In this document: piece after piece, positions 48,739 through 57,833 of the stretch | Numbering within the stretch: the stretch's first letter is position 1 | Layout: each line of letters begins with the position of its first letter | Assembly (NCBI GenBank): GCA_030430245.1 | Contig: JAUIFY010000001.1 | Span: 12,878 to 76,877 of the forward strand | DNA: 64,000 nucleotides | From: a bacterium | GTDB lineage: Bacteria > Desulfobacterota > Binatia > UBA12015 | Reading direction: 5' to 3' | The notes under the pieces: model-generated | Told to the model about the DNA's origin: nothing | Databases searched by the model: none | The model's input: only the letters and a program-made list of their open reading frames with translations | Translations under genes and position numbers: made by a program

Positions 48739-50412
48739 ATGCGATGGTGGCAGCGGCTCCTGGGGCTTCTCGGGTTGGTGACGACGATCGTGGCGTTCCC
48801 GGCGGACGTGCAGGCGCTCGACGACGGATCACTCTCGTTCAAGGACGCCGAGGTGCGGCTGGGCGACCGACTGTTCTTCGAGACCCGGTTCTCGCAGTTC
48901 TACTTCGCGAACGCCGATGGCGACTCGAACGCGACCCTCCCGAAGGGCGATCCGCTCATGGAGAAGGTTCCGGTCGTCCTCGGCGAGGATCTCCCCGGGC
49001 CCTTCGCCGGTCAGGGAATCAACTGCCGTCAGTGCCACCTGGGGTCCGACTTCCTGCCCGAGCATCTCCGCGCCGGCCGAACCTACGGCGACTTCAGTCG
49101 GCGGAGCCCGGTCCCGAATCGCGACGACGGTCAGACCGTCGCGACCCGCAACTCGCCCATCATGATCGACATCGGGATGCCGCGCGAGGTTCCGATGCTG
49201 CTCCATCTCGACGGAGAGTTCGTCACGCACGAAGACCTGATCGTGGACACGATGACCGGCCGGAACTTCGGCTGGCTGCCGACGGAGGTCGAGACCGCGA
49301 AGAAGCACATCGCGAAGGTGGTGCGCGAGGACGAGGGGATGAACCCCCGACACATCCGCGATCCCGACGGGAACGGCATCCCCTACAAGACGGTGCTGAA
49401 GGGCGAGGACCCGCTGCTGCAGCACCAGCTCATCCCGGCCGAGTATCGCATCGACGTCGAGACCGCGTCGGACGACGAGATCCTGACGGCGGTCGCGAAG
49501 CTCATCCACGCGTACATGGACTCGCTGCGCTTCGGCACGAAGAACACGTTTCGCGAGTCTGGCTCTCCGTACGATCTCTTCCTCGAGAAGAACGCACTCC
49601 CGGCGAAGCCGGACCCGGGCGAGAAGGCGGCGGCCTACTCGAAGCGCCTCCTCGCCGAGATCGAGAAGCGGAACAGCTTCGACTTCGTGCGGCCGAGCGA
49701 CGACTATTTCCTTCTCCACCAGCAGCCGTATCAGTTCGGCCCGGAGGAGCTGCGCGGTCTGAAGATCTTCTTCTCGTCGGGAGCGCGGAAGAAGGCCGAC
49801 GCCGGGAACTGCATCGCGTGCCATCCGGCCCCGCGCTTCTCGGATTTCAGTCTCCACAACAACGGGGTGTCGCAGGTCGAGTACGACGCGATCTTCGGCG
49901 ACGGTGCGTTCGCGAAGCTCGAGATCCCGGACCTGAAGACGCGCAACGCGAATCACGACGAGTATCTCCCCGCCACGCCGGCGCATCCGACTGCGAAGGG
50001 GCGCTTTCGTCAGATCCCGGCAAAGAGCCGGCCCGGCGTGACCGATCTCGGCGTCTGGAGCATCTACGCGAACCCGGACTTTCCGAAGCCGCAGGTGGCC
50101 CTGAACCAGATCCTGTGCGGGGAGGGGGGGCCGGCAGAGGAGGGCTGCAGGCCGGAGGAGGTCCTTCCGCTCACCGTCGGGTACTTCAAGACTCCGGCGG
50201 TGCGGGACCTCGGCCAGTCCGAGCCCTACTTCCACACGGGAGAGATCGATACGATCGAGGAGGCGCTGCGCTTCTACGTGTCGGTCGCGGAGCTCGCGCG
50301 CGAGGGGAAGCTGCGCAACGCGTCTCCCGAGATGAAGGACATCCACATCGACGAGGAGGACGTGGCACCTCTCGCCGCGTTCCTCCGTTCGCTCAACGAG
50401 GATTATCATTGA
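48739..50412 (+). CDS. Exported di-heme cytochrome c peroxidase/MauG-superfamily protein (atypical)
   Basis: Signal peptide, LGDRLFFETRFS, NCRQCH, RNSP, RGLKIFF, NCIACH, FKTPAVRDL...PYFHTG, LAAFLRSL; alternative ATG at 48721. Confidence 0.88.
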   Translation: MRWWQRLLGLLGLVTTIVAFPADVQALDDGSLSFKDAEVRLGDRLFFETRFSQFYFANADGDSNATLPKGDPLMEKVPVVLGEDLPGPFAGQGINCRQCHLGSDFLPEHLRAGRTYGDFSRRSPVPNRDDGQTVATRNSPIMIDIGMPREVPMLLHLDGEFVTHEDLIVDTMTGRNFGWLPTEVETAKKHIAKVVREDEGMNPRHIRDPDGNGIPYKTVLKGEDPLLQHQLIPAEYRIDVETASDDEILTAVAKLIHAYMDSLRFGTKNTFRESGSPYDLFLEKNALPAKPDPGEKAAAYSKRLLAEIEKRNSFDFVRPSDDYFLLHQQPYQFGPEELRGLKIFFSSGARKKADAGNCIACHPAPRFSDFSLHNNGVSQVEYDAIFGDGAFAKLEIPDLKTRNANHDEYLPATPAHPTAKGRFRQIPAKSRPGVTDLGVWSIYANPDFPKPQVALNQILCGEGGPAEEGCRPEEVLPLTVGYFKTPAVRDLGQSEPYFHTGEIDTIEEALRFYVSVAELAREGKLRNASPEMKDIHIDEEDVAPLAAFLRSLNEDYH

Positions 50413-52079
50413 TGACGAAGTCGCTCTCGACGTTGGTCGGCCTGGCCGTGCTCGTCGCCGCTGTCGCGCCCGACGAAGCGGCGGCTCTGAGCCGCGAGCG
50501 CTGGACGAACCCGGAGCCCTATGGGGTCTTCTTCAACAACTACGATCCGAACTTCTACACCGGGTTCGTGCCGCGCGTGCAGGACGCGGATCGCATCAAG
50601 ATCCACCTCGGTCGGGGAAACCAGCTGCGCGTTCGGATGATCCTGCCCGACGAGGCGATCGACAACTTCGTCGTCGATCAGGTCAAGAAGCACGACCTCT
50701 ATCAGGAGGTGATCGATGCCGGCGTCATCGAGCTCACCGCGAACACCGCCTGGGAGGACTACGACGCGAAGTTCGAGCAAGCGGGGCTTCGTGAGATCGC
50801 GGCGAAGAAGGGAACCGTCTCGCCCGAGGAGTGGCGGGAGCTCAACGTCGAGGCTTTGCAGAAGCTCCAGCCCGAGCGCGTCTACCACATCCAGAAGGAC
50901 TTCGAGCAGATGACCAAGGCCTTCTACGACTCGCTCGCCGCTGCGCCCGAGCCGAAGAATCTGAGCCAGAAGCTCGATCTCGTGAACGGGTACTTCGAGA
51001 ATCGCATCTTCGCCTACGAGCTCACGAAGGAGCAGGAGGCCGAGCTCTCCGCGCTGCAGGCCCTGGCCAAGGCGGGGAACGAGGCGGACTTCGGGCCGAA
51101 GGCCGCGGCGTTCTTCCAGGACGTCACCGGTGGGCTCTATCCCGTCGAAGACGGAAAGATCGACTACTACGAGTACACGGCGGTCTGGGCCGCCGGCACG
51201 TACGACAAGATGACGAAGGTGAATGGCGAGGAGATGCCGTGGATCACGACTCCGGGCGTCTGGACCTTCATCCCGCGCATGCACGGCAAGGGCATCACGG
51301 GGATGGTCGATTACATCTCGTCGGCCGGATACTACGGCCTGATTCCCATGTTTCCGTACGAGTACGGTGGGGGCATCGCCTACAACGCGATTCACAACAC
51401 CGGCATCAGCAACTGGATCCAGGGCCACCCCCTGCTGCCGAAGGAGTGGAAGACCTACACGGAGGGAAGCCGCAACGGAAAGCCCTACAATCGCGTCGCG
51501 GTGACGAGTCGGGGCCCGGTCTCGCACGGCTGCACGCGACTCGGCTCGGGGCACCTCGCCGAGCTGCGCGAGATGCTTCCTTCGACTTCGGACGACATGA
51601 AGGGCATCGTCAACTATCGGAACGTCTCGCAGTGCTACGACGTCTTCGATCGCAAGGGTGACGGCGAGGAAGAGGTGATGGGCGTTCAGTACTACATCGC
51701 CTTCCGTCACACGAACGAGCGAGTCGCCAAGCACATCTGGGCGCAGAACAATCGCCAGGACTTCTACGAGTGGTTGTACGGCGACGACATGAACTACGGC
51801 CCGATCGGCGAGGTCACGTTCGACGAGGTCTGCACCGGCAAGTTCGTCGGCAAGAAGGCCGTCGAGGGCGCGACGTACCAGAACGTCAAGCTCTACGAGG
51901 CGCCGTACGAACCGGAGACGATCCAGTTCTACAAGATCAAGGGCGTCAGCCAGCTCTCGCGTGAGGGCATGGATTTCAACCGGGAGCTGCGTCGCGTGGG
52001 CTACGGATACGACATCGATCGAAAGAAGCTGCGCCTTCCGCCGACGAAGACGGCTTCGGCGGAGGCCGCGGAGGGGTAA
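50412..52079 (+). CDS. Exported protein with cryptic L,D-transpeptidase (YkuD)-like catalytic domain
   Basis: TGATG coupling; signal peptide; TTPGVWTF, NAIHNT, VSHGCTRL. CDS is solid; function is inferred from motifs. Confidence 0.75.
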   Translation: MTKSLSTLVGLAVLVAAVAPDEAAALSRERWTNPEPYGVFFNNYDPNFYTGFVPRVQDADRIKIHLGRGNQLRVRMILPDEAIDNFVVDQVKKHDLYQEVIDAGVIELTANTAWEDYDAKFEQAGLREIAAKKGTVSPEEWRELNVEALQKLQPERVYHIQKDFEQMTKAFYDSLAAAPEPKNLSQKLDLVNGYFENRIFAYELTKEQEAELSALQALAKAGNEADFGPKAAAFFQDVTGGLYPVEDGKIDYYEYTAVWAAGTYDKMTKVNGEEMPWITTPGVWTFIPRMHGKGITGMVDYISSAGYYGLIPMFPYEYGGGIAYNAIHNTGISNWIQGHPLLPKEWKTYTEGSRNGKPYNRVAVTSRGPVSHGCTRLGSGHLAELREMLPSTSDDMKGIVNYRNVSQCYDVFDRKGDGEEEVMGVQYYIAFRHTNERVAKHIWAQNNRQDFYEWLYGDDMNYGPIGEVTFDEVCTGKFVGKKAVEGATYQNVKLYEAPYEPETIQFYKIKGVSQLSREGMDFNRELRRVGYGYDIDRKKLRLPPTKTASAEAAEG

Positions 52080-52113
52080 GTCCGCCCCATTTTGCGAGGA
52101 GATGAGGAAGACA

Positions 52114-52827
52114 ATGACGAAGATCGTTTCGAGGTTGGCGGCGCTGGCAACGTGTCTGGCGGTGGCGGGATGGACCGCGGCGCCGGTTGCGTGGGCCGAA
52201 GATGAGAAGCTCGAGCTCCAGACCGAGGTCGACCAGGCGCGGACCATCCTGAACCAGTTCCAGAAGATCCCGGAGAAGGGCATTCCCGACGCGGTGCTTC
52301 GCAACGCGAAGGGACTCGCGTTCCTCACCGTGCTCCGCGCCGGCTTCATCATCAGCGGTTCCGGTGGCAAGGGCGTCGTCGTCGCGAAGAACGACGATGG
52401 CACCTGGACCGGGCCTTCGTTCATCGGGACGGGCGGCGCCGGATTCGGCTTTCAGATCGGCGCCCAGGTGAGCGAGTTCGTCATGGTGTTGAATACGCCG
52501 GAGGCGGTGAACGCCTTCGCGAAGGGGGGCAACGTCTCGATCGGCGCGCAGGTGAGCGCGGCGGCGGGGCCGGTCGGCCGAAGCCTGGGCGCCGACGTCA
52601 TGCCGCAGGCGGCGATCTACACGTACAGCCGCGCGCAGGGTCTCTTCGGCGGCGTCTCCCTCGACGGGACGGTCGTCGCCACGCGCAAGGAGGCGAACAC
52701 GGAGTACTACGGCGAGGCGGTCTCCTCGCTGGCGATCCTCTCGGGCAAGGTCGAGGCTCCGGCCGGCGCCGAGAAGCTCCGCGCCGATCTCGCCAAGCTC
52801 ACGGCCGAGGCCAACGCCGACGAGTAG
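52114..52827 (+). CDS. Lipid-binding SYLF (Ysc84) domain protein, exported
   Basis: IPDAVLRNAKGLA, GSGGKGV, WTGPSF, GFQIGAQ, AAAGPVGR, IYTYSRAQGLFGGVSLDG. Confidence 0.92.
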   Translation: MTKIVSRLAALATCLAVAGWTAAPVAWAEDEKLELQTEVDQARTILNQFQKIPEKGIPDAVLRNAKGLAFLTVLRAGFIISGSGGKGVVVAKNDDGTWTGPSFIGTGGAGFGFQIGAQVSEFVMVLNTPEAVNAFAKGGNVSIGAQVSAAAGPVGRSLGADVMPQAAIYTYSRAQGLFGGVSLDGTVVATRKEANTEYYGEAVSSLAILSGKVEAPAGAEKLRADLAKLTAEANADE

Positions 52828-52830
52828 AAC

Positions 52831-53742
52831 TCACCGGGTCCAGGAGAGTCGCTGCTGCACTCCGCGCCGCTCGTCGAGGCCCGCGTTGTAGGTCTCGACG
52901 AGCGCGTTGCGGGTCGCGATGGCCTCGTCCATCTCCGCGGTGAGAAGCTCGATCGCATCGGCGAGTTCGCGTGCGTGCGCGAACTCGGGGGGCGGGAGGG
53001 CGTTCCCGAACCGATCCGTCAGGTCATCGATCCGTGCCGCGTACCGGGCGCGCTCCGCGTCGTGTTGCGCGACGAGGGCGACGAGACGATCGATCTCGCC
53101 CTTTTGCCGGCCGAGGCCCTCGTCGATCGCACCGATCTCCGCGAGGAGCGCGGATTGCGCGCTCCGGACCGCCGCCGCCTCCTCGCGGTGAAACTCCTCG
53201 TGACGCCCTCGGGTGCGCCGGGTCTGCTCGTCGATGAGCCGTTCGACCTGCGCGTTGCACGCTTCCGCCGAAGCGCCGGGAGCCTCGATGGTCTGTCGCT
53301 CCAGGGCGGCCTGGAGCTCCTGCACGCCGCGGAACTCGATCTCGACGTGGCGGTACTCGTGGAACTCGACGAGGGCCTCGTACGCCTCCCACTGCCTGCG
53401 GGTCGTCGTGTTCATCCGGCTCGGCCAGGCGTGCTTCGGAAGTGTGACGAGTACGTCGGCCCGCAGGGTGATCGCTTCGACGCGGCACGAGGCGCCGTCG
53501 GAGCGCACGGACAGAGAGAAGGCGATCTCGCTCTCCGTGAGTCCGCTCGCGGAGAGACCGGCCTCCCCGCCCAGCCGCTTGCGTCCGATCGACGCGAAGA
53601 TCTCGTCCGCACTCGTGCCGCGGACGTCGTAGAACCTCTCCTGGACGTCCGTCTCGACCCGCACCGTGGTCGCCGCGGCGGCGTCGCAGAGCATCAGGGT
53701 CGCGACGGCCCCGAGGGCGAGCCGGCCGGCGCGATGGAGCAT
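52831..53742 (-). CDS. DUF922-like putative secreted Zn protease with C-terminal coiled coil
   Basis: Signal peptide, YDVRGTS, ASGLT, TLP, HEYRH (HExxH), AC; long helical tail. Start uncertain. Confidence 0.78.
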   Translation of the reverse strand: MLHRAGRLALGAVATLMLCDAAAATTVRVETDVQERFYDVRGTSADEIFASIGRKRLGGEAGLSASGLTESEIAFSLSVRSDGASCRVEAITLRADVLVTLPKHAWPSRMNTTTRRQWEAYEALVEFHEYRHVEIEFRGVQELQAALERQTIEAPGASAEACNAQVERLIDEQTRRTRGRHEEFHREEAAAVRSAQSALLAEIGAIDEGLGRQKGEIDRLVALVAQHDAERARYAARIDDLTDRFGNALPPPEFAHARELADAIELLTAEMDEAIATRNALVETYNAGLDERRGVQQRLSWTR

Positions 53743-53809
53743 CCCGTGAGCGTGCCCCGAGGCCGACGCCGCTGCAAGTAGCGGCGGCTGGATGGTATCG
53801 AGCCAACGC

Positions 53810-54130
53810 ATGGCGTACCGCGATGGGATCGCTCGGCGCCGGCTCTCTCCCCGGGTCGCTCTTGCGGTCTGCCTTGCCGGTTGCGGAGAGGACGCCCGCG
53901 GGCCGACGACGGTGACGGATGCTCGCGGGACCCCGCGTGCGTCGACCTGATGGAGGGGAGCTTCCTCGAAGACCTCGCCGCGACCGTCTCCGAGTTCGGC
54001 GCCGAGCCGTGCGAGCTCGAGGGAATCGACGAGCGGACGGCCATCACGTACGATTTGAGGCTCGACGGTGCCGACGTCTTCGCCGGAATCTTCAATGCGT
54101 CGATCGCGGGCGCCCCCTTCGAGCTCAGAG
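53810..54130 (+). pseudogene. Probable frameshifted or truncated lipoprotein gene remnant
   Basis: MAYRDGIARRRLSPRVALAVCLAGC (lipobox) stops at 53950; protein-like sequence DGCSRDPACVDLMEGSFLEDLAA...FNASIAGAPFEL continues in another frame and runs into the convergent SDR. Confidence 0.4.
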
Positions 54131-54862
54131 GACCAGTGTCGTGCCGCCGTCCACGACGAAGATCTGGCCCGTCATGTACTGGTTGTCGACGCAGCTCAGG
54201 ACGGCCTTCGAGACGTCCACGGGTGTCGCCGAGCGGCCGGCGGGCACGATGGCCGCGACGCCGGCGTGCAGGTCGGCCCAGTCCTCGGTCCACGGCGTCT
54301 GAACGAGGCCGGGCGCGACCGCGTTCACGCGGACGGGCTTGCAGTTCCGCGCGAGGTCCATCGTGAGGTTGTTCATGGCGGCCTTCGCCATGCCGTACGC
54401 GGTCGAGCTCCCGATCGCGCGGAGCCCGGCGACCGACGACACGTTCACGATGCAACCCCTGCCGGCCTCCTTCAGGTGCGGCATGGCGGCGCGGGTGAGC
54501 CACCAGGTTCCGTAGACGTTGACCTCGATCGTCTTGAAGAGGATCTCGTTGGTCAGTGCGTCGAGGTCGTCGTGCGGAACGCGCGTCGTCCAGCCGGCGT
54601 TTTTCACGAGGATGTCGAGGCGTCCGAACTTCTCGCCGGTGGTCGCCACGAGAGCCTTGTCGTCGTCTTCCTTGCTGATGTCGGCTCGGACGTAGATCGA
54701 TTTCGTGGGGAGCCCCTTCGCGACCGCCTCGCCCTGCTCCACCGAGCTGGAGGAGTTGACCACCACGTGGGCGCCGGCTTCGGCGAGATCCCGCGCGACC
54801 TGCTCTCCGATCCCGCTCGAGGATCCCGAAACGATGGCGACCTGTCCGTCCAATCTGTCCAT
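54125..54862 (-). CDS. SDR-family oxidoreductase
   Basis: SGSSSGIG, KNAG (NNAG variant), YGMAK, NAVAPG; RBS AAGGGAGG. Confidence 0.92.
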   Translation of the reverse strand: MDRLDGQVAIVSGSSSGIGEQVARDLAEAGAHVVVNSSSSVEQGEAVAKGLPTKSIYVRADISKEDDDKALVATTGEKFGRLDILVKNAGWTTRVPHDDLDALTNEILFKTIEVNVYGTWWLTRAAMPHLKEAGRGCIVNVSSVAGLRAIGSSTAYGMAKAAMNNLTMDLARNCKPVRVNAVAPGLVQTPWTEDWADLHAGVAAIVPAGRSATPVDVSKAVLSCVDNQYMTGQIFVVDGGTTLVL

Positions 54863-54888
54863 GGATCCTCCCTTAGCAGGCGCCCGCG

Positions 54889-55848
54889 CTACCGATAGCC
54901 CCACTCGTTGATGAAGGGCGCGACGAGCTGGGTGTACGTGTCGCGAATCGCCGCGTTCCGATGCTCGCTTCCCGCCTCCTCGCTCACCGAGGCCACGTCC
55001 CAGAACGCCGCCCGGCTCGGGAAGTTGTTCAGCCGGAACTCGCTCCACGTGCGGCCGTCGCCGATCAGCTCGCCCTCGATGTCCACCCAGAGACCGGGGC
55101 GCACGCCTCGACCGATCACGTCCTGCTGCTCGCGCCCCTGCTCGTACAGCGCCATGGCCTCGCGACCCGTGAGCGTCGTCTCCCGACCGTCCTGGTACTG
55201 CGCGATCTCGTGGAATCCGAGAAGGTGCGCCATGGTGATCGGTGGATCCGGGGTGGGGGGATGGGGGACGGACGACATGTCGACCCGGTAGAACTCGTCC
55301 GGGAACGGGGCCTGCTGCGGAACGCTCACCAGGACGAGCGTCTTCTCGACGCCGGCGACCTTGTGCTGTGAGACCGCGCGGAAGTCCTGGCGCTCGAGCA
55401 TCTCGAAGAACTTCGCTCGGCTCGGATAGCGGACCATGCCGATCTGGTCCCAGGTCTCACCGTCGCTCGAGATCAGGTTGAGCTCGGCGTCGCCCACGAA
55501 GACCGGCCGCGCACCGATGTCGAGCAGGATGGGAAGGACGCTCTGTCCGTACAGCCCGTCGGCTTCGGCCCCGGTGAGATCGGTTTCACGGCCGTCGGGG
55601 TACTCCGCGCGCTCTCGGTGGCGGATCAGATTCACCATGTAGAACGGCCCGTCTTCCGCGGCGGGCACCTGCATCATTCGACGGACCTGGTCGCGGTTCG
55701 TCGTTCCGAACGGCGGGTCGGCTGGGAAGAGCTCCTGGATCCGCTGATCGATCGCCGAGGTCGAGGCGGGCTGGCTGCCGTCCCCACAGCCGGTGCCGAG
55801 GAGGGCCGCGGTGCACGCGAGAAGGGTCCGAAGCACGAGCGTCTTCAT
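54889..55848 (-). CDS. Lipoprotein with two tandem DUF1330-like domains
   Basis: LGTGC lipobox; internal repeat MVNLIRHRERAEYPDGRETDLTGAEA / MAHLLGFHEIAQYQDGRETTLTGREA; YPSRAKF / FPSRAAF. Confidence 0.8.
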   Translation of the reverse strand: MKTLVLRTLLACTAALLGTGCGDGSQPASTSAIDQRIQELFPADPPFGTTNRDQVRRMMQVPAAEDGPFYMVNLIRHRERAEYPDGRETDLTGAEADGLYGQSVLPILLDIGARPVFVGDAELNLISSDGETWDQIGMVRYPSRAKFFEMLERQDFRAVSQHKVAGVEKTLVLVSVPQQAPFPDEFYRVDMSSVPHPPTPDPPITMAHLLGFHEIAQYQDGRETTLTGREAMALYEQGREQQDVIGRGVRPGLWVDIEGELIGDGRTWSEFRLNNFPSRAAFWDVASVSEEAGSEHRNAAIRDTYTQLVAPFINEWGYR

Positions 55849-55929
55849 CTTGTGGCAACCTATGTGTCAAAAGATCGAGGGAGTCAACCTCCTTCGTGGA
55901 TGGGGCGTACGCTGTGCTACGCGCGACGC

Positions 55930-57201
55930 ATGGACTTCGATCTTCCAGAGGAGCTCGCGAGCTACCTCCGCACCCTGGACGACTTCATCGAGCGCGAGAT
56001 CCGGCCGCTCGAGGAGCAGGACGACAACATCCGCTTCTTCGATCATCGGCGCGAAGACGCGCGGACGGATTGGGAGCGCGGCGGTCTTCCGAACGAAGAG
56101 TGGGAAGCGCTTCTCGCCGAGGCGCGACGACGGGCCGACGCGGCCGGTCACTATCGCTACCCGTACCCGAAGGCGTTCGGAGGGCAGGACGGCACGAATC
56201 TCGGGATGGCGGTGATTCGCGAGCACCTCGCCACGCGCGGCCTCGGTCTGCACAATGATCTCCAGAACGAACACTCGATCGTCGGCAACAACGTCGGACT
56301 CCTGCTGATGCTGAGCTACGGGTCGGAGCGTCAGAAAGAGGAGTGGATTCCCGCTCTGCTCGAGGGGCGCATGGGTTTCGCGTTCGGCATCACCGAGCCC
56401 GAGCACGGGTCGGACGCGACCTACATGGAGACGACGGCGGTGCGCGAGGGGGATGTCTGGCGCATCAACGGCGAGAAGACGTGGAACACCGGCATTCACA
56501 AGGCGAAGTACGATCTCATCTTTGCGCGTACGAGTGGCAAGGCCGGAGACGGAGACGGGATCACCGCGTTCCTCGTCCCGGCCGACGCCGACGGCTTCAA
56601 GGTCGAGGAGATGCTCTGGACCTTCAACATGCCGACCGACCACGGCCACGTGTCGCTGAAGGACGTGCGCGTTCCGCACGACGCGATCTTCGGAGAGGAA
56701 GGGCGAGGCCTCATGGTCGTGCAGCACTTCTTCAACGAAAACCGTATCCGCCAGGCGGCCTCGAGCCTCGGCGCAGCGCAGTTCTGCATCAACGAGTCCG
56801 TCGAATACGCCAAGGTACGCGCCCCCTTCGGCAAGCCCCTCGCGACCAACCAGGCGATCCAGTTTCCGCTCGTCGAGCTCCAGACCCAGTGCGAAATGCT
56901 CCGTGCGCTCATCCACAAGACCGCGTGGGGCATGGACGAGCACGGGGCGTTCTCGGTTTCCGACAAGGTCTCGATGTGCAACTACTGGTCGAACCGCCTC
57001 TGCTGCGAGGCCGCCGACCGGGCGATGCAGGTGCACGGCGGCCTCGGCTACTCGCGCCACAAGCCGTTCGAGCACATCTATCGCCACCATCGTCGCTACC
57101 GGATCACGGAGGGCGCGGAGGAGATCCAGATGCGGCGCGTCGCGGGTTACATGTTCGGGTTCATGAAGCAGCGCGCCCCGAAGGGGGTCGTCGAAAGCTG
57201 A
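55930..57201 (+). CDS. Acyl-CoA dehydrogenase
   Basis: FGITEPEHGSD, INGEKTWN, RAPFGKPLATNQAIQF, MQVHGGLG, RITEGAEEIQ. Confidence 0.95.
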   Translation: MDFDLPEELASYLRTLDDFIEREIRPLEEQDDNIRFFDHRREDARTDWERGGLPNEEWEALLAEARRRADAAGHYRYPYPKAFGGQDGTNLGMAVIREHLATRGLGLHNDLQNEHSIVGNNVGLLLMLSYGSERQKEEWIPALLEGRMGFAFGITEPEHGSDATYMETTAVREGDVWRINGEKTWNTGIHKAKYDLIFARTSGKAGDGDGITAFLVPADADGFKVEEMLWTFNMPTDHGHVSLKDVRVPHDAIFGEEGRGLMVVQHFFNENRIRQAASSLGAAQFCINESVEYAKVRAPFGKPLATNQAIQFPLVELQTQCEMLRALIHKTAWGMDEHGAFSVSDKVSMCNYWSNRLCCEAADRAMQVHGGLGYSRHKPFEHIYRHHRRYRITEGAEEIQMRRVAGYMFGFMKQRAPKGVVES

Positions 57202-57289
57202 CGGCTTGCGATTCGGCTGCGCCCGTGCCCACCCTTGAAGCTCGAACGACAGTGGCGCGGCCGGAAGGCCGCCGATGGAAGGAGGCACC

Positions 57290-57769
57290 ATGGCTTCGAT
57301 GCACGACTTCACGATGACCTCGGCGACCGGTGAGCAAGTGAGCCTGTCCGACTACGCGGGCAAGGTCTGCCTGGTCGTCAACGTCGCCAGTGAGTGCGGT
57401 CTCACGCCACAGTACGAAGGTCTGCGTGCCCTGAACGACAAGTACGGCTCCAACGGCTTCACCGTTCTCGGCTTCCCCTGCAACCAATTCGGCGCTCAGG
57501 AGCCCGGCACCGACGCCGAGATCCTCGAGTTCGCCACCTCGAGGTACGGCGCCGACTTCCCGATCTTCTCGAAGATCGAGGTGAACGGCGACGGCGCGTG
57601 CGACCTCTACCGGTTCCTCAAGTCCTCGCGGGCCGACGAAGAGGGCAAGGAGGACATCGCGTGGAACTTCACGAAGTTCCTCGTCGATGGCGACGGACAG
57701 GTCGTCGCGCGCTTCGGGCCGACGACGACGCCCGAACAGATCGAGGCGGAGCTCGGCGCGCACCTCTGA
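57290..57769 (+). CDS. Glutathione peroxidase (Cys-type)
   Basis: VNVASECG, LGFPCNQFG.QEPG, KIEVNG, WNFTKFL; RBS AAGGAGG. Confidence 0.96.
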   Translation: MASMHDFTMTSATGEQVSLSDYAGKVCLVVNVASECGLTPQYEGLRALNDKYGSNGFTVLGFPCNQFGAQEPGTDAEILEFATSRYGADFPIFSKIEVNGDGACDLYRFLKSSRADEEGKEDIAWNFTKFLVDGDGQVVARFGPTTTPEQIEAELGAHL

Positions 57770-57833
57770 GCGTCCGAGGATCTCGAACGGGGAGCCGGCG
57801 GTGTGCCACGTGGCGCCGTCGGCTCCTCGGCTC

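Noticed and set aside
48522..50411. Apparent 1185-aa ORF
   Set aside because: The upstream part is an off-frame read of the di-heme gene; the real start is the TGATG overlap at 50412
54595..54612. SDR NNAG motif reading KNAG as a sign of inactivation
   Set aside because: Single substitution; frame and YxxxK are intact
57290..57769. Selenocysteine in the glutathione peroxidase
   Set aside because: The active-site codon is TGC (Cys); no in-frame TGA
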